NCBI GenBank assembly: GCA_039586365.1
Contig: JBDHKN010000008.1
Coordinates: 1-64,000, forward strand
Source: Gemmatimonadota bacterium
GTDB lineage: Bacteria > Gemmatimonadota > Gemmatimonadetes > Gemmatimonadales > GWC2-71-9
Length of the DNA: 64,000 nucleotides
Direction: 5' to 3'
The position numbers and the translations under genes are program-made. The number at the start of each line of letters is the position of its first letter. Within the stretch, counting starts at the first letter, position 1. Positions 38,630 to 49,618 of this stretch are shown here, piece after piece. Below the pieces are notes generated by a model. It was not told where the DNA came from. It worked only from the letters and a program-made list of their open reading frames with translations, and did no database searches.

Positions 38630-39562
38630 CTAGTTGCCGCTCCAACTCCCCCAATCCAACTCCAGCAGAGTCAGCGGATTCACTGTCACTGTCCCGTAGC
38701 GGACCTGCCAATGTAGGTGGGGACCGGTGACTCTGCCACTCGCCCCGACCCGGCCGATGATTTGACCCGCATCTACGGTGTCACCGACAGCGACGGAGAT
38801 CTCACTCAGATGCATATAGGCCGTGAGCAATCCACGGCCGTGATCCAAGTAGACGAGGCCACCCGCGTAGTAAAAATCTCCCACCAGGGCGACCATTCCT
38901 CGGTTGGTCGCAACGACGGGGTCGCCGAAGTCGCCATCGAGGTCCACTCCCATGTGCTGGCTGCGAAGTTGCCCATTGAACTCGCGCCGCTGCCCGTACT
39001 CGCTTGTGATCCTGTCCGCCTTGGGGATCACAAACCCTGGTAGCCAGAGTCTACTGGTCTCGTGTGAACGCTGCAGAATCGCCCGCACTGAATCGGCCTC
39101 AGCGGCAATTCGGGTGGCGAGTGCCGAATCGGGAGGGGTGGTGAAGCGCGGATCTACACTCAGCTTTGTGACTGAGAAAACGCCCTCGGCGACCGGCAAG
39201 TAGGTGAAGAACTGCTTCAGTGTCCCCTGGTCGCTCATGAATGTCAGGGCCAGCTGTATACTATCTCGCGTGTTGATCGGGATACCGGCTAGCGAATGAA
39301 AAAGCCCATCATCACCAGGTTCGAAATGCAACGGCTGGCCGGCAAGGGCGCCGCTTGGGGTCAGATTGCCATCCGACGCCTTGAGGTTTCCCTCAGGTCG
39401 TATGGTTATCCAGACGATGGATCCCTGGGTTGGCTTCGGCGGGTCCCAACGCACCTCGGTCTTCAAGGTGTCGGGGTTCCCCGAGGCACCACCAGTGACG
39501 CCCTGGGCCGCAAGCAGTAGCAGGAGGTTGGCCGATACCGTCATGGCAACAAGATAGCGCAA
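38630..39562 (-). CDS. M23 family metallopeptidase
   Basis: HMGVD, YMHL, GRVTGPHLHW. Confidence 0.92.
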   Translation of the reverse strand: MRYLVAMTVSANLLLLLAAQGVTGGASGNPDTLKTEVRWDPPKPTQGSIVWITIRPEGNLKASDGNLTPSGALAGQPLHFEPGDDGLFHSLAGIPINTRDSIQLALTFMSDQGTLKQFFTYLPVAEGVFSVTKLSVDPRFTTPPDSALATRIAAEADSVRAILQRSHETSRLWLPGFVIPKADRITSEYGQRREFNGQLRSQHMGVDLDGDFGDPVVATNRGMVALVGDFYYAGGLVYLDHGRGLLTAYMHLSEISVAVGDTVDAGQIIGRVGASGRVTGPHLHWQVRYGTVTVNPLTLLELDWGSWSGN

Positions 39563-39743
39563 TCAACTGCACTCTGTCCCCCCCGTGCTTCGGAATGAAT
39601 GCAGTCTGCGGGCGATTTGGTATCTTGATGTATCCGAAGACCGTCCCCTGGTCCTGACGGTGGCCCTCCTAGCCACTCAGGTGTCTGTGTGACGGCGCTA
39701 TTTGGGCGACCGCTGGAATTCACCTTGCTGGAGATCAGTCATC

Positions 39744-42677
39744 ATGAATCGTCTTACATCGTTGTTAGCAGCGAGTTTGCTGGCATTACCCGTTGTGGCG
39801 GATGCGCAGCAGAAGCGTGCGCTGGACCACGACGCCTACGACAGCTGGAACCGCATCCAAGGGCAGGTCCTCTCAGATGACGGTAGGTGGGTATTGTACA
39901 CGGTGAGCCCCCAGGAGGGAGATGGCGAGCTCTATGTGAATGCGCTACGCTCCGAGACCTCCTACGTGGTGCCACGTGGAGAGTCGGCACAGTTCACCGA
40001 GGACAACCGGTTCGTTGTGTTCCTCATCAAGCCGGAGCTGGCTCTGGTGCGCGAGTCTCAGAAAGAGGGGGCACGGCAGGATGCACAGCCGAAAGACTCG
40101 CTCGGAATTCTGGATCTGGCATCCGGTGAGACAACCAAGGTCGAGCGCGTGAAGTCATTCGCGCTTCCGGAGGAGGCCGGCGGATGGGTGGCCTATCTGT
40201 TGGAAGCGCCAGTGGAGGAGGATACGACTGCGGCTGAAGGTGAAGAGGCTCCGGCGAGACCTGTGGCGGGGAGAAGACCTAGAGGGCCGGGGGGAAGGGC
40301 CGGCAGATCCGGCGGTGGGACCGAAAAGCAGGACGGAACAGGACTCGTTTTGCGTAACCTCTCGTCCGGGGCGGCGCAGCAGTTCGAGAAGGCGTTGGCC
40401 TACGTGTTCGCCAAGGACGGCGGGCATCTTGCCTACACCGCAGCGAGTAAGGACAGCACCGCCGACGGCGCATTTGTGATCGCGACGGCGGATGGGAGCG
40501 TCACGACGATGCTCGCGGGCGCCGGTGACTACAAATCGGCCACGTTCGATGAAGCAGGCGAGCAAATAGCCTTCCTCTCGAACCGCGACGATTACGCGTC
40601 CAAGCAACCTTCGTTCACACTCTACTATTGGCGCCCCGGCTCAGAAACGGCTGAGGCGCTCCTGACTGAAGGAGCCGACGGAATCCCGGACGGTTGGTGG
40701 GTGAGTGAGAATGGCGACGTCTCGTTTTCTGACAACGGCGAGCGGCTCTTCTTCGGAACGGCCCCGAGGCCCGAGCCGGAGCCCGAAGAGGAACCTCAAG
40801 ACTGGGAGCAGGTCGAAGTCGACGTCTGGAACTGGCAGGACCCGCTGTTGCAGCCGATGCAGCTGGTGCGGCGGAACCAGGAATCGACGCGGACCTACGA
40901 GGCGGTGGTGCACCTCTCCGACGGGAGTATCGTGCAACTCGCCGATGTAGATGTGCCTGAAGTGACTGTCGGGACGGACGGCAACGCGGGTGTGGCAGTT
41001 GCTTCTACTGACATGCCATATCGCAAGGAGATCTCTTGGGAGTCTCCCGGTTTCAACGACGTCTACGCAATTGATGTAAACACCGGTGCGCGCAAGATGC
41101 TGCTGGAGAAGCTACAGGGGAGGGGAGCCCAGCTTTCACCGGATGCCAAGTACATCACCTGGTGGGACGGACACGCGTTGGCGTGGTTCGCTATGGACGT
41201 GAATGGCGGCGAGCCTGTGAATCTGACGAGCCAAATCCCACATCCGGTATTCAACAAGTTGGACGACCGGCCGCAGATACCGGGGTCTTACGGTAGTGGG
41301 GGGTGGACCGAGGATGATCGGTTCTTCCTGGTGTACGACGAGTTCGACATCTGGGTCACCGATCCGACAGGTCAACAGGCGCCGCGTAGCATCACCGAGG
41401 GAGTCGGGCGCAGGGACAACCTGAGGTTTCGCTACGTGCCGGTGGACCAGGAACAGGATCAGGTTGACGAAACTGAGTCGATCATACTCAGTGCTTTCGA
41501 TCTCGGTACCAAGGATGCTGGTTTCTACCGTGATCGAATCCGCGGTGATCGGCAACCCGAGCTTCTAACAATGGAGCCGAAGTCGTTCGGCCGATTCGGT
41601 GGTGGATTTGGTGGCGGGTTCGGTGGTGGGGGCTTGAGAAAGGCCGAGGATGCCGACTTGGTGCTCCTCACGCGCTCTAGCTTCGACGAGTTCCCCAATC
41701 TCTGGGTGAGCGACCTCTCGTTCTCGGAGATGGAGCAGGTGAGCGACGCGAACCCGCAAATGGCCGACTACTTATGGGGGTCGGCCGAGTTGACTTACTG
41801 GCAGTCTACTGATGGCAAGGATCTCGCCGGCATCCTCATCAAGCCAGAGAACTTCGATCCATCGAAGCAGTATCCCATGATGGTTTACTTCTACGAGAAG
41901 AACTCCGATGGGCTGCATTCTTTCCGGCAGCCATTCGGAGGCGGCTCCAGCGTGAGCCTGAGTTTCTACGCCAGTCGTGGCTATGTGGTGTTCGTGCCGG
42001 ACATCCACTACATGGACGGTTATCCGGGCGAGAGCGCGTTCGACTGTATCGTGCCTGGCGTGTTGAGCATCGTGGCCGAGGGGTTCGTGGATCCGGCGCG
42101 CATCGGTGTGCAGGGTCATAGCTGGGGCGGCTACCAGATAGCGTATCTCGTGACCAAAACCAACATCTTCGCGGCCGCGGAGGCCGGCGCGCCTGTGGTT
42201 AACATGACCAGCGCATACGGTGGGATTCGCTGGGGCACTGGAATGAGCCGTATGTTCCAATACGAACGGACCCAGAGCCGGATCGGCGGAACCTTGTGGG
42301 ACAAACTGCCGCGATACATTGAGAATTCACCGCTGTTCTGGGCCGACAAGGTAGAGACTCCGGTGTTGATGCTCCACAACGACGAAGACACCGCCGTGCC
42401 TTGGTATCAGGGAATCGAGTATTTCGTTGCTCTACGCCGCTTGAACAAGCCGGTTTGGATGCTGAATTACAACGGCGAGCCACACGGCTTGCGCAAGTAC
42501 CAGAACCAGAAGGACTGGCAGGTCAGGATGCAGCAGTTCTTCGACCACTATCTGATGGATGCTCCGGCGCCCGTGTGGTTGGCTGAGGGGGTGCCTGCTG
42601 TGATGAAAGGCAAGACGCTAGGACTGGAGCTCGTGGGCGAGCAGACAAGAACCGCCGGCAGCGGGAACAATCCGTAG
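39744..42677 (+). CDS. Large S9 family (prolyl oligopeptidase-type) peptidase, exported, paralog 1
   Basis: Signal peptide ADA/Q, GHSWGGY, DTAVP, EPHG. Confidence 0.93.
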   Translation: MNRLTSLLAASLLALPVVADAQQKRALDHDAYDSWNRIQGQVLSDDGRWVLYTVSPQEGDGELYVNALRSETSYVVPRGESAQFTEDNRFVVFLIKPELALVRESQKEGARQDAQPKDSLGILDLASGETTKVERVKSFALPEEAGGWVAYLLEAPVEEDTTAAEGEEAPARPVAGRRPRGPGGRAGRSGGGTEKQDGTGLVLRNLSSGAAQQFEKALAYVFAKDGGHLAYTAASKDSTADGAFVIATADGSVTTMLAGAGDYKSATFDEAGEQIAFLSNRDDYASKQPSFTLYYWRPGSETAEALLTEGADGIPDGWWVSENGDVSFSDNGERLFFGTAPRPEPEPEEEPQDWEQVEVDVWNWQDPLLQPMQLVRRNQESTRTYEAVVHLSDGSIVQLADVDVPEVTVGTDGNAGVAVASTDMPYRKEISWESPGFNDVYAIDVNTGARKMLLEKLQGRGAQLSPDAKYITWWDGHALAWFAMDVNGGEPVNLTSQIPHPVFNKLDDRPQIPGSYGSGGWTEDDRFFLVYDEFDIWVTDPTGQQAPRSITEGVGRRDNLRFRYVPVDQEQDQVDETESIILSAFDLGTKDAGFYRDRIRGDRQPELLTMEPKSFGRFGGGFGGGFGGGGLRKAEDADLVLLTRSSFDEFPNLWVSDLSFSEMEQVSDANPQMADYLWGSAELTYWQSTDGKDLAGILIKPENFDPSKQYPMMVYFYEKNSDGLHSFRQPFGGGSSVSLSFYASRGYVVFVPDIHYMDGYPGESAFDCIVPGVLSIVAEGFVDPARIGVQGHSWGGYQIAYLVTKTNIFAAAEAGAPVVNMTSAYGGIRWGTGMSRMFQYERTQSRIGGTLWDKLPRYIENSPLFWADKVETPVLMLHNDEDTAVPWYQGIEYFVALRRLNKPVWMLNYNGEPHGLRKYQNQKDWQVRMQQFFDHYLMDAPAPVWLAEGVPAVMKGKTLGLELVGEQTRTAGSGNNP

Positions 42678-42703
42678 CTGGCCCCGGCTCGACCGTACAA
42701 TAG

Positions 42704-42735
42704 ACAGGGGACCCTCGGGTGTGAGGCTCCCCTGT
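42704..42735 (+). terminator. Hairpin after S9 paralog 1
   Basis: ACAGGGGA/TCCCCTGT plus CCTC/GAGG stem. No strong U tract. Confidence 0.4.
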
Positions 42736-43265
42736 TGACGCTGGGTCCACGGGCGCAGAGCGTCCAGCAGATGAGCTTGGCCGCTGCGACACCGACCCAG
42801 ACATGCCACTGGAGAGCGTGGCCGGACATGCCACGAGCGGCTGCCTGGCCTTCCCCGCCGGCAGGTCCCACTCGTCAGACCACTAGGCGGCTTCGACCTC
42901 GCGCCACTTGATTGCGAGGGCTGTGGCCCAGGCAGAAGGGGTCAGCTCGTGGTCTCCCTCTACGTCGTCAAGAACCTGCTCCAAGTGGCAGGAACTTCCT
43001 GCCGAGCAGATTCGCCCGTTCCCCGGAGCGCAGTTAGAATCTCTCCGATGGCAGTGCTGCGAGAGGAATGGCGCCGCAGTTGGCGGAGAAGCGAGTTAGG
43101 GCGTTTCCAGCAACGCCTTTGCATCCACGAGGCCTGTGTCCGGCCACCTCATGAGGCCGAGATGCGATATGCAGTCCCACCCGGAGTCGCATCCCTAGCT
43201 ATCTTGCATGCGCCTGAAGTTGGCAGCTTCCATCTGACACGAAAGCACAACGGAGATCCGTTACC

Positions 43266-46097
43266 ATGCACCGCAGCACTCTCTACTCGGCTGCAGTCCT
43301 GCTGTTGTCCCCGCTGGCAGCCATGGCGCAGGCCAAGCGACCACTTGATCATGACGCCTACGACATCTGGAAGGCCGTAGAGAACGAATCAGTTTCAAAC
43401 GATGGCCGGTGGATGTTGTACTCGCTCAAGCTGCAATATGGCGATTCCGAACTGAAGGTCCACGATCTCAGGTCGGACGTCACATATTCGATACCCAGGG
43501 CAAAATCGGCGCAGTTCACTCACGACAGCCGCTTCGTAGTCGCTCTGGTGGCGCCGGAACAAGCGCTGGTCAAGCAAGCGAAGCGGCAGAAGAAGACGAG
43601 CGACGAGCAGCCCAAGGACTCTCTCGCGGTGCTCGATCTCGCTACGGGCGAGTTCTTCCGCGCCGAGGAGGTACGGTCCTTCAAGCTGCCAAGAGATGCG
43701 GGTGGCTGGGTTGCGTATCTGTTGGAGGAGGCTCAGCAGGTGCAACAAGAGGAACAGCCGCAGGAAGAGCAGGAAAGCGAGGGAAAAGAGAACGACAAGA
43801 AGGTCGGATCTGTGCTCGTGTTGCGCGACCTCGCAGCAGGCTCCGAAGTGCGCTACGAAGTCGTTACTGAATACGCTCTTGCGCCGCAAGGTCAGCGACT
43901 TGCCTACGCCACGTCCAGCAAAGACGGATCGGCCGACGGTGTGTTCGTTGTGGATCTGGAGAACGGGTCTGGGACTGCGATTCTAGCGGGTGAGGGCTCG
44001 TACAAGAGCCTGTCGTTTGCTGAGAGTGGAGACCAGTTAGCGTTTCTCTCCAACCGAGATGACTACGAGGCCGACCAGCCTGCTTTCACTCTGTATCACT
44101 GGCGATCGGGGACAGACGTAGCGAACGCGTTGGCCACGGAGGGGGTCTCTGGTCTGCCGGAAGGTTGGTGGGTGAGTGAGCACGGCGACCTTTCGTTCTC
44201 AGAGAATGGAGCCAGGCTGTTCTTCGCTTCGGCACGAAGGCCTGAGCCGGCGGTGGAGGATAGTACGCTCGACGAGGACCGGGTAGAGGTAGAGATATGG
44301 CATTGGAAAGATCCCCTGCTGCAACCGATGCAGGCCTTGCAGGTGAGCAGTGAGCTCACGCGTGCGTACCGGGCGGTCGCTCATCTCGCTGAGGGTGCGG
44401 TCGTTCAGTTGGCGACGGAGGACGTGCCGGAAATAGACCTGGTTCAGCAGGGCAACGCCGACTTCGTGTTGGGCACGAGTGGGTTGCCCTACCGGCAACT
44501 CATCTCGTGGGATTCTCCGGCCTACCAGGACGTCTACACAGTCGATGTGCAGACCGGCGAGAGCCGCTTAGTACTGGAGAAGTTGCAGGGGGACGCGAAC
44601 GTGTCTCCGGGTGGGAGGTACGTGTTTTGGTGGAACAACGTTGAGCTTGCCTGGTTTGCTCACAGTATCGATGACGATCAAGTCGTCAACCTGACTGCCG
44701 GGCTGCCGTACCCGACCCACAACGAGGACCATGATTGGCCCTACAGGCCTGGCGCATACGGCATTGCAGGTTGGACGGACGGCGACGAAGAACTTCTCGT
44801 GTACGACCGCTACGACATATGGGCGGTCGATCCCGAGGGACGGAGCGCTCCACGCAACGTGACCGATGGCTTGGGGCGGCGAGACAGCCTGCAGTTTCGT
44901 TACGTGCAGCTCGATCCAGAGGCCCGATCGATATCGCCGGGAAAGCCGATGCTGCTGGAGGCGTTCAACAGAAAGACCAAGTCCGCCGGTTTCTATCGGG
45001 ACAGAGTCCGGGGCGACAGTCAGCCGAGGGAGTTGGTGTATGCCGATCGGCGCTTCTCTAATCCGACCAAGGCCAAGGATGCGGACGTTCTGATGTTCAC
45101 GCGGCAGAGCGTCGAGGAGTTCCCCGATCTGTGGGTGAGCGATACGGACTTCCGCAGCACGCGAAAGGTGAGCAATGCCAATCCGCAACAATTCGAGTAT
45201 CGCTGGGCCGCGGTTGAGTTGGTCGAGTGGAATTCGGTGGACGGAATCCCGCTGCAGGGCCTACTCTACAAGCCCAGTGACTTCGATCCGTCCCAGAAGT
45301 ACCCCATGATGGTGACCTTCTACGAAAAGGATTCCGATAATCTGTATGCACACCATCCGCCGATTCCGCATCGCTCGGTTGTGCGCCCGACCTTCTATGC
45401 CAGCCGGGGGTACGTCGTGTTCGTGCCGGACATCGTCTACCAGGTTGGCTATCCTGGCGAGAGCGCGATGGATTGCATCGTTCCCGGAGTATTGGAGCTG
45501 GTTAGCCGTGGCTTTGTAGATGAGAGCGCCATCGGCGTTCAAGGGCATAGTTGGGGCGGGTATCAGATAACCTACATGGTGACGAGGACCGATCTGTTCG
45601 CAGCCGCGGCCGGCGGTGCGCCCGTGTCCAACATGATCAGCGCCTACGGCGGCATCCGCTGGGGCTCGGGGATGAGCCGGATGTTCCAATACGAGAAAAC
45701 TCAGAGCCGGATTGGTGCGACGTTGTGGGAGGCACCCATCCGTTACATCGAGAACTCCCCCATCTTCTGGGCTGACAAGGTGAAGACTCCCCTGATGATG
45801 ATGCACAACGATCATGATCATGCCGTGCCGTGGTACCAGGGGATAGAGATGTTCGTGGCACTGCGCAGACTCGGGAAGCCGGCTTGGCTAGTGAACTACG
45901 TTGGCGAGCTCCACTGGCCCCAAGATTTCCACGAGAGGCGGGACTGGAACATCCGGATGCAACAGTTCTTCGATCACTATCTGACAGGTGCGCCGCCGCC
46001 GGTCTGGCTGGCTGAAGGAATTCCCGCTATTCGCAAGGGCAAGACGTTGGGAATTGAACTGGTGGCCGGGACCGAGCCCGCTGGAGCCAGGCACTAG
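43266..46097 (+). CDS. Large S9 family peptidase, exported, paralog 2
   Basis: Signal peptide AMA/Q, GHSWGGY, DHAVP, ELHW. Colinear with paralog 1. Confidence 0.93.
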   Translation: MHRSTLYSAAVLLLSPLAAMAQAKRPLDHDAYDIWKAVENESVSNDGRWMLYSLKLQYGDSELKVHDLRSDVTYSIPRAKSAQFTHDSRFVVALVAPEQALVKQAKRQKKTSDEQPKDSLAVLDLATGEFFRAEEVRSFKLPRDAGGWVAYLLEEAQQVQQEEQPQEEQESEGKENDKKVGSVLVLRDLAAGSEVRYEVVTEYALAPQGQRLAYATSSKDGSADGVFVVDLENGSGTAILAGEGSYKSLSFAESGDQLAFLSNRDDYEADQPAFTLYHWRSGTDVANALATEGVSGLPEGWWVSEHGDLSFSENGARLFFASARRPEPAVEDSTLDEDRVEVEIWHWKDPLLQPMQALQVSSELTRAYRAVAHLAEGAVVQLATEDVPEIDLVQQGNADFVLGTSGLPYRQLISWDSPAYQDVYTVDVQTGESRLVLEKLQGDANVSPGGRYVFWWNNVELAWFAHSIDDDQVVNLTAGLPYPTHNEDHDWPYRPGAYGIAGWTDGDEELLVYDRYDIWAVDPEGRSAPRNVTDGLGRRDSLQFRYVQLDPEARSISPGKPMLLEAFNRKTKSAGFYRDRVRGDSQPRELVYADRRFSNPTKAKDADVLMFTRQSVEEFPDLWVSDTDFRSTRKVSNANPQQFEYRWAAVELVEWNSVDGIPLQGLLYKPSDFDPSQKYPMMVTFYEKDSDNLYAHHPPIPHRSVVRPTFYASRGYVVFVPDIVYQVGYPGESAMDCIVPGVLELVSRGFVDESAIGVQGHSWGGYQITYMVTRTDLFAAAAGGAPVSNMISAYGGIRWGSGMSRMFQYEKTQSRIGATLWEAPIRYIENSPIFWADKVKTPLMMMHNDHDHAVPWYQGIEMFVALRRLGKPAWLVNYVGELHWPQDFHERRDWNIRMQQFFDHYLTGAPPPVWLAEGIPAIRKGKTLGIELVAGTEPAGARH

Positions 46098-46181
46098 TGC
46101 TCCGCCGATCCAGCCAGGAGGGACGGCACCTGTGGATCTAGCCGGTGTAGCAAACGGACTCTTGTGCAAAGGCAGGGATGA

Positions 46182-49004
46182 ATGCGATTGAAGCTCGTTG
46201 CGGTAGCTGGATTGTTCTGTCTTGCGGTCGGTGCAGCCGCGTCGGCCGTGGCTCAGCAGACGAGCGGGCACAGCCCGGTACTCCCGGCCGATCCCCTAGT
46301 CACGGTTGGAACGTTGCAGAACGGCCTGCGTTACTACATCAGGGCAAACAAGCGTCCGGAGAACCGTGCGGAACTCAGGTTGGTTGTCAATGCCGGCTCG
46401 GTGTTAGAGGACGACGACCAGCGTGGTTTGGCTCACTTTGTCGAGCACATGGCCTTCAATGGGACGATGCGATATCCCAAACAGGCATTGATCGATTACC
46501 TGGAGCGAATCGGCATGCGCTTCGGGCCGGATATCAATGCATACACGGGTTTCGACGAGACGGTCTATTCGTTACAGGTACCCACCGACTCCGGTGGAAT
46601 ACTCGAGACGGCGTTTGAGATTCTCGAGGACTGGGCTCATCAGCTAGTGTTTGACTCAGCGATGATCGACGGCGAGAGAGGAGTAGTAATCGAGGAGTGG
46701 CGGCTGGGTCGCGGAGCCGCCGCCCGCATGTTCGACAAGCAGTTCCCAATCCTGTTCAAGAACTCCGTATATGCAGAACGTCTGCCGATCGGGAGTGTAG
46801 CGGTCTTGGAGAGTTTCGATCACGAGGCTTTGGTGCGGTACTACCAGGATTGGTACCGTCCTGATCTGATGGCCGTGGTCGCTGTCGGTGATTTCGATAC
46901 GGGCGTGATAGAGGGCCTGGTGCGGCGACATTTTGAGCATATGCCCTCTCCCCCAGATCCCCGATACCGCACGCTGTTCCCGGTGCCAGACCACGATGAG
47001 ACTCTGGTTGCCGTGGCCACCGACAAGGAGGCGACGGAGTCCCGGGTGAGCATCTATTACAAGCAGCCGTTACGTGAGGAGGGGACGATTGAAGCCTATC
47101 GTCAGCTCATCGTGGAGCGTCTCTACAATAGCATGTTGAATGACCGCTTGTTCGAACTGACCCAGCGGCCGGCACCTCCGTTTCTCTATGCATCCTCCGG
47201 ACAGGGAAAGTTGATTCGATCCAAGGAAGTGTACGTGTTGGGAGCTGGAGTAGAAGATGGTCATGTTGAGCCTGGTCTGGCAGCTCTCCTCACTGAGGCG
47301 GAGCGAGTCGCAAGATACGGATTCACCAGCACTGAGTTGGAACGGCACAAGAGAGAGGTGCTGCGATGGATGCAACACGCGCATCTGGAACGGGAGAAGA
47401 CGAACTCTGCGGTGTATGCGTTCGAGTACGTACAGGCGTTTCTTGAGAACGATGCAATTCCGGGAATAGAGCTCGAGTTCCAACTGCACCAGGAGATGGT
47501 GCCTGATATCCGGCTAGAGGAGGTCAATCAGTTGGCACGGGAGTGGCTCACGGATCAAAATCGAGTGATCCTGGTCAATGTGCCGGACAAGGAAGGCTTG
47601 CCGGTGCCCTCTGAACAAGACTTGATGGCTGTGTTTCAAGTAGTGAAAGGAAGTGACATAGGCCCCTATGTTGACTCGGTCGATGAAGCTCCGTTGGTGG
47701 CAGAAGAACCCACACCTGGGACGATTGTCGAGGAGCAGGTGTTCGACGCGGTCGGTGTGACATCGTGGCGGCTTTCCAATGGAGCCCGAGTCATCCTCAA
47801 GCCTACCGACTTCAAGGAAGATGAGATCCTGTTCCGAGCGTCGAGTCCAGGAGGAACGTCCCTGGCCTCAGACGCTGACTACATTGCTGCTTCGACTGCC
47901 GCGGAGGTCGTCAGCGCTGGCGGGTTGGATCGGTTCAGTGTGGTGGATCTTCAGAAGAAGCTTTCAGGTACGGCAGTCAGCTTGAGTCCGGACATCGGCC
48001 CGTTGTATGAGGGTTTGTCGGGGAGTGCGTCGCCGGAAGACGTGGTAACGCTGTTCGAGTTGATCTACCTGACGTTCCGCGCTCCACGGCGGGACACAAC
48101 GGCGTACGTTGCGTTCAGGACTCAGGTGAATGCCCTGCTCGCCAATAGGAACGCCTCTCCCACCGCCGCTTTCGGTGACACGCTGAAGGTGACCTTGGCT
48201 CAGCACCACTTTCGCGAACGTCCATCGACCGTCGAAGTGTACCGGGAGATGGACTTGGACAAGTCCTTCGGGTTCTACCAGGAGCGCTTCGCAGACGCCG
48301 GTGACTTCACATTTGTGTTCACGGGTAGCTTCCAGGTCGAGATGATGCGACCATTGGTGACGCAATATCTTGCGTCACTGGCATCCACGGGCAGAGAAGA
48401 AACCTGGCGTGACGTTGGTATCAGACCACCGGAAGGCGTGGTTCAGAAAGCTGTCTATCGAGGGCTGGAGCCGCGCAGTCAGACGTACATGGTGTTCACC
48501 GGACCGTTCGAGTACACTCGTGCTAATCGACACCTCATTCGGTCCCTGAGCGAAGTGTTGCAGATCAGGTTGCGAGAGAAGTTGCGCGAGGATCTGGCAG
48601 GAACCTACGGCGTATCAGTTGGTGCCATGACGGAAAGAGATCCGGTCCCGGCGTTTTCGGTATCCGTCAGCTTTGCCGCCGATCCGGATCGATTGGATGA
48701 CCTCGTCACGCAGGTCTTCGCCGAGATCGACAGCCTGAAGATTTCTGGTCCCGATCCCGAGTACATCCAGAAAGTGCAGGAGGCGCAACGGCGGAGCAGG
48801 GAGACGAGTCTCAAGCAGAACAGTTACTGGCTCTACCAGCTTCTCTACGCCGACCGGTTCGGGACGGACCCGAGTGAGATTCTCACCTACGAGAGCCTGA
48901 CCGATGCACTGACGGCTGACATGATAACAGAGGCCGCGCGCAGGTACCTCCCGAAGAACAACTACATCAGGGTGTCGCTGTATCCTCAGACACATGCGCC
49001 GTAG
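46182..49004 (+). CDS. M16 zinc peptidase (PqqL-like), exported
   Basis: GLAHFVEHMAFNG inverted zinc motif, NAYTGFDETVY, ERGVVIEEWR, WYRPD. Confidence 0.93.
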   Translation: MRLKLVAVAGLFCLAVGAAASAVAQQTSGHSPVLPADPLVTVGTLQNGLRYYIRANKRPENRAELRLVVNAGSVLEDDDQRGLAHFVEHMAFNGTMRYPKQALIDYLERIGMRFGPDINAYTGFDETVYSLQVPTDSGGILETAFEILEDWAHQLVFDSAMIDGERGVVIEEWRLGRGAAARMFDKQFPILFKNSVYAERLPIGSVAVLESFDHEALVRYYQDWYRPDLMAVVAVGDFDTGVIEGLVRRHFEHMPSPPDPRYRTLFPVPDHDETLVAVATDKEATESRVSIYYKQPLREEGTIEAYRQLIVERLYNSMLNDRLFELTQRPAPPFLYASSGQGKLIRSKEVYVLGAGVEDGHVEPGLAALLTEAERVARYGFTSTELERHKREVLRWMQHAHLEREKTNSAVYAFEYVQAFLENDAIPGIELEFQLHQEMVPDIRLEEVNQLAREWLTDQNRVILVNVPDKEGLPVPSEQDLMAVFQVVKGSDIGPYVDSVDEAPLVAEEPTPGTIVEEQVFDAVGVTSWRLSNGARVILKPTDFKEDEILFRASSPGGTSLASDADYIAASTAAEVVSAGGLDRFSVVDLQKKLSGTAVSLSPDIGPLYEGLSGSASPEDVVTLFELIYLTFRAPRRDTTAYVAFRTQVNALLANRNASPTAAFGDTLKVTLAQHHFRERPSTVEVYREMDLDKSFGFYQERFADAGDFTFVFTGSFQVEMMRPLVTQYLASLASTGREETWRDVGIRPPEGVVQKAVYRGLEPRSQTYMVFTGPFEYTRANRHLIRSLSEVLQIRLREKLREDLAGTYGVSVGAMTERDPVPAFSVSVSFAADPDRLDDLVTQVFAEIDSLKISGPDPEYIQKVQEAQRRSRETSLKQNSYWLYQLLYADRFGTDPSEILTYESLTDALTADMITEAARRYLPKNNYIRVSLYPQTHAP

Positions 49005-49109
49005 CGTGATGGGGCCACCGGGCAGAGTCTGGGAAGACGGGTTGGCTTTGCGTTCTCGATCCGTGCGGCGCGCCGGACGCAATAGGACCGGCTGGAACCG
49101 CGCCCCAGC

Positions 49110-49481
49110 TCACTGCTCAACCCGGTCTCGGTGAACCATGTGCGGTGAGAAGGCCGGCAGGCAGACTGCGATGTACTCGGCGCCGTTCGGGCCGGGGGTG
49201 GAGTAGCGGACCCACTCACCAGCATATGCGATCAGGGCCTGCCCGGCAGCAACATCGGTCACACCGTTCGAGTGCTCGACCCTCAGGGTCCCACGGAGCA
49301 CGACTGTGAACTCGTCGAACTCAGGAGTCTGACCGGGTTCCAGCCAGCCAGCTGGGCTCTTCATGTGTGCGATACTGATCGCCGTCGTCCCAGAATTGAC
49401 ACGTCCGATGTATTCATCGATAGATTTGGGGCCGATTCCGGCCGCTGCGACGCGGCTTGGTGAGCTGATGTGCCGGGGCAT
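49110..49481 (-). CDS. Cupin domain protein
   Basis: EPGQTPEFDEFTVVLRG...AGQA...GEWVRYSTP...AVCLPAFSP. Confidence 0.85.
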   Translation of the reverse strand: MPRHISSPSRVAAAGIGPKSIDEYIGRVNSGTTAISIAHMKSPAGWLEPGQTPEFDEFTVVLRGTLRVEHSNGVTDVAAGQALIAYAGEWVRYSTPGPNGAEYIAVCLPAFSPHMVHRDRVEQ

Positions 49482-49618
49482 GGAGCTTGCTCCGTATCCG
49501 TTATGGTCTGTCTAAACATGTGCTGCATCTTGTGTTAGCGAGATAAACTGCTATCATGCGCGCGCACAGCACCAGGATGTGACGGAACTAAACCTACGGT
49601 GAGATCGTACTTCGTAAC

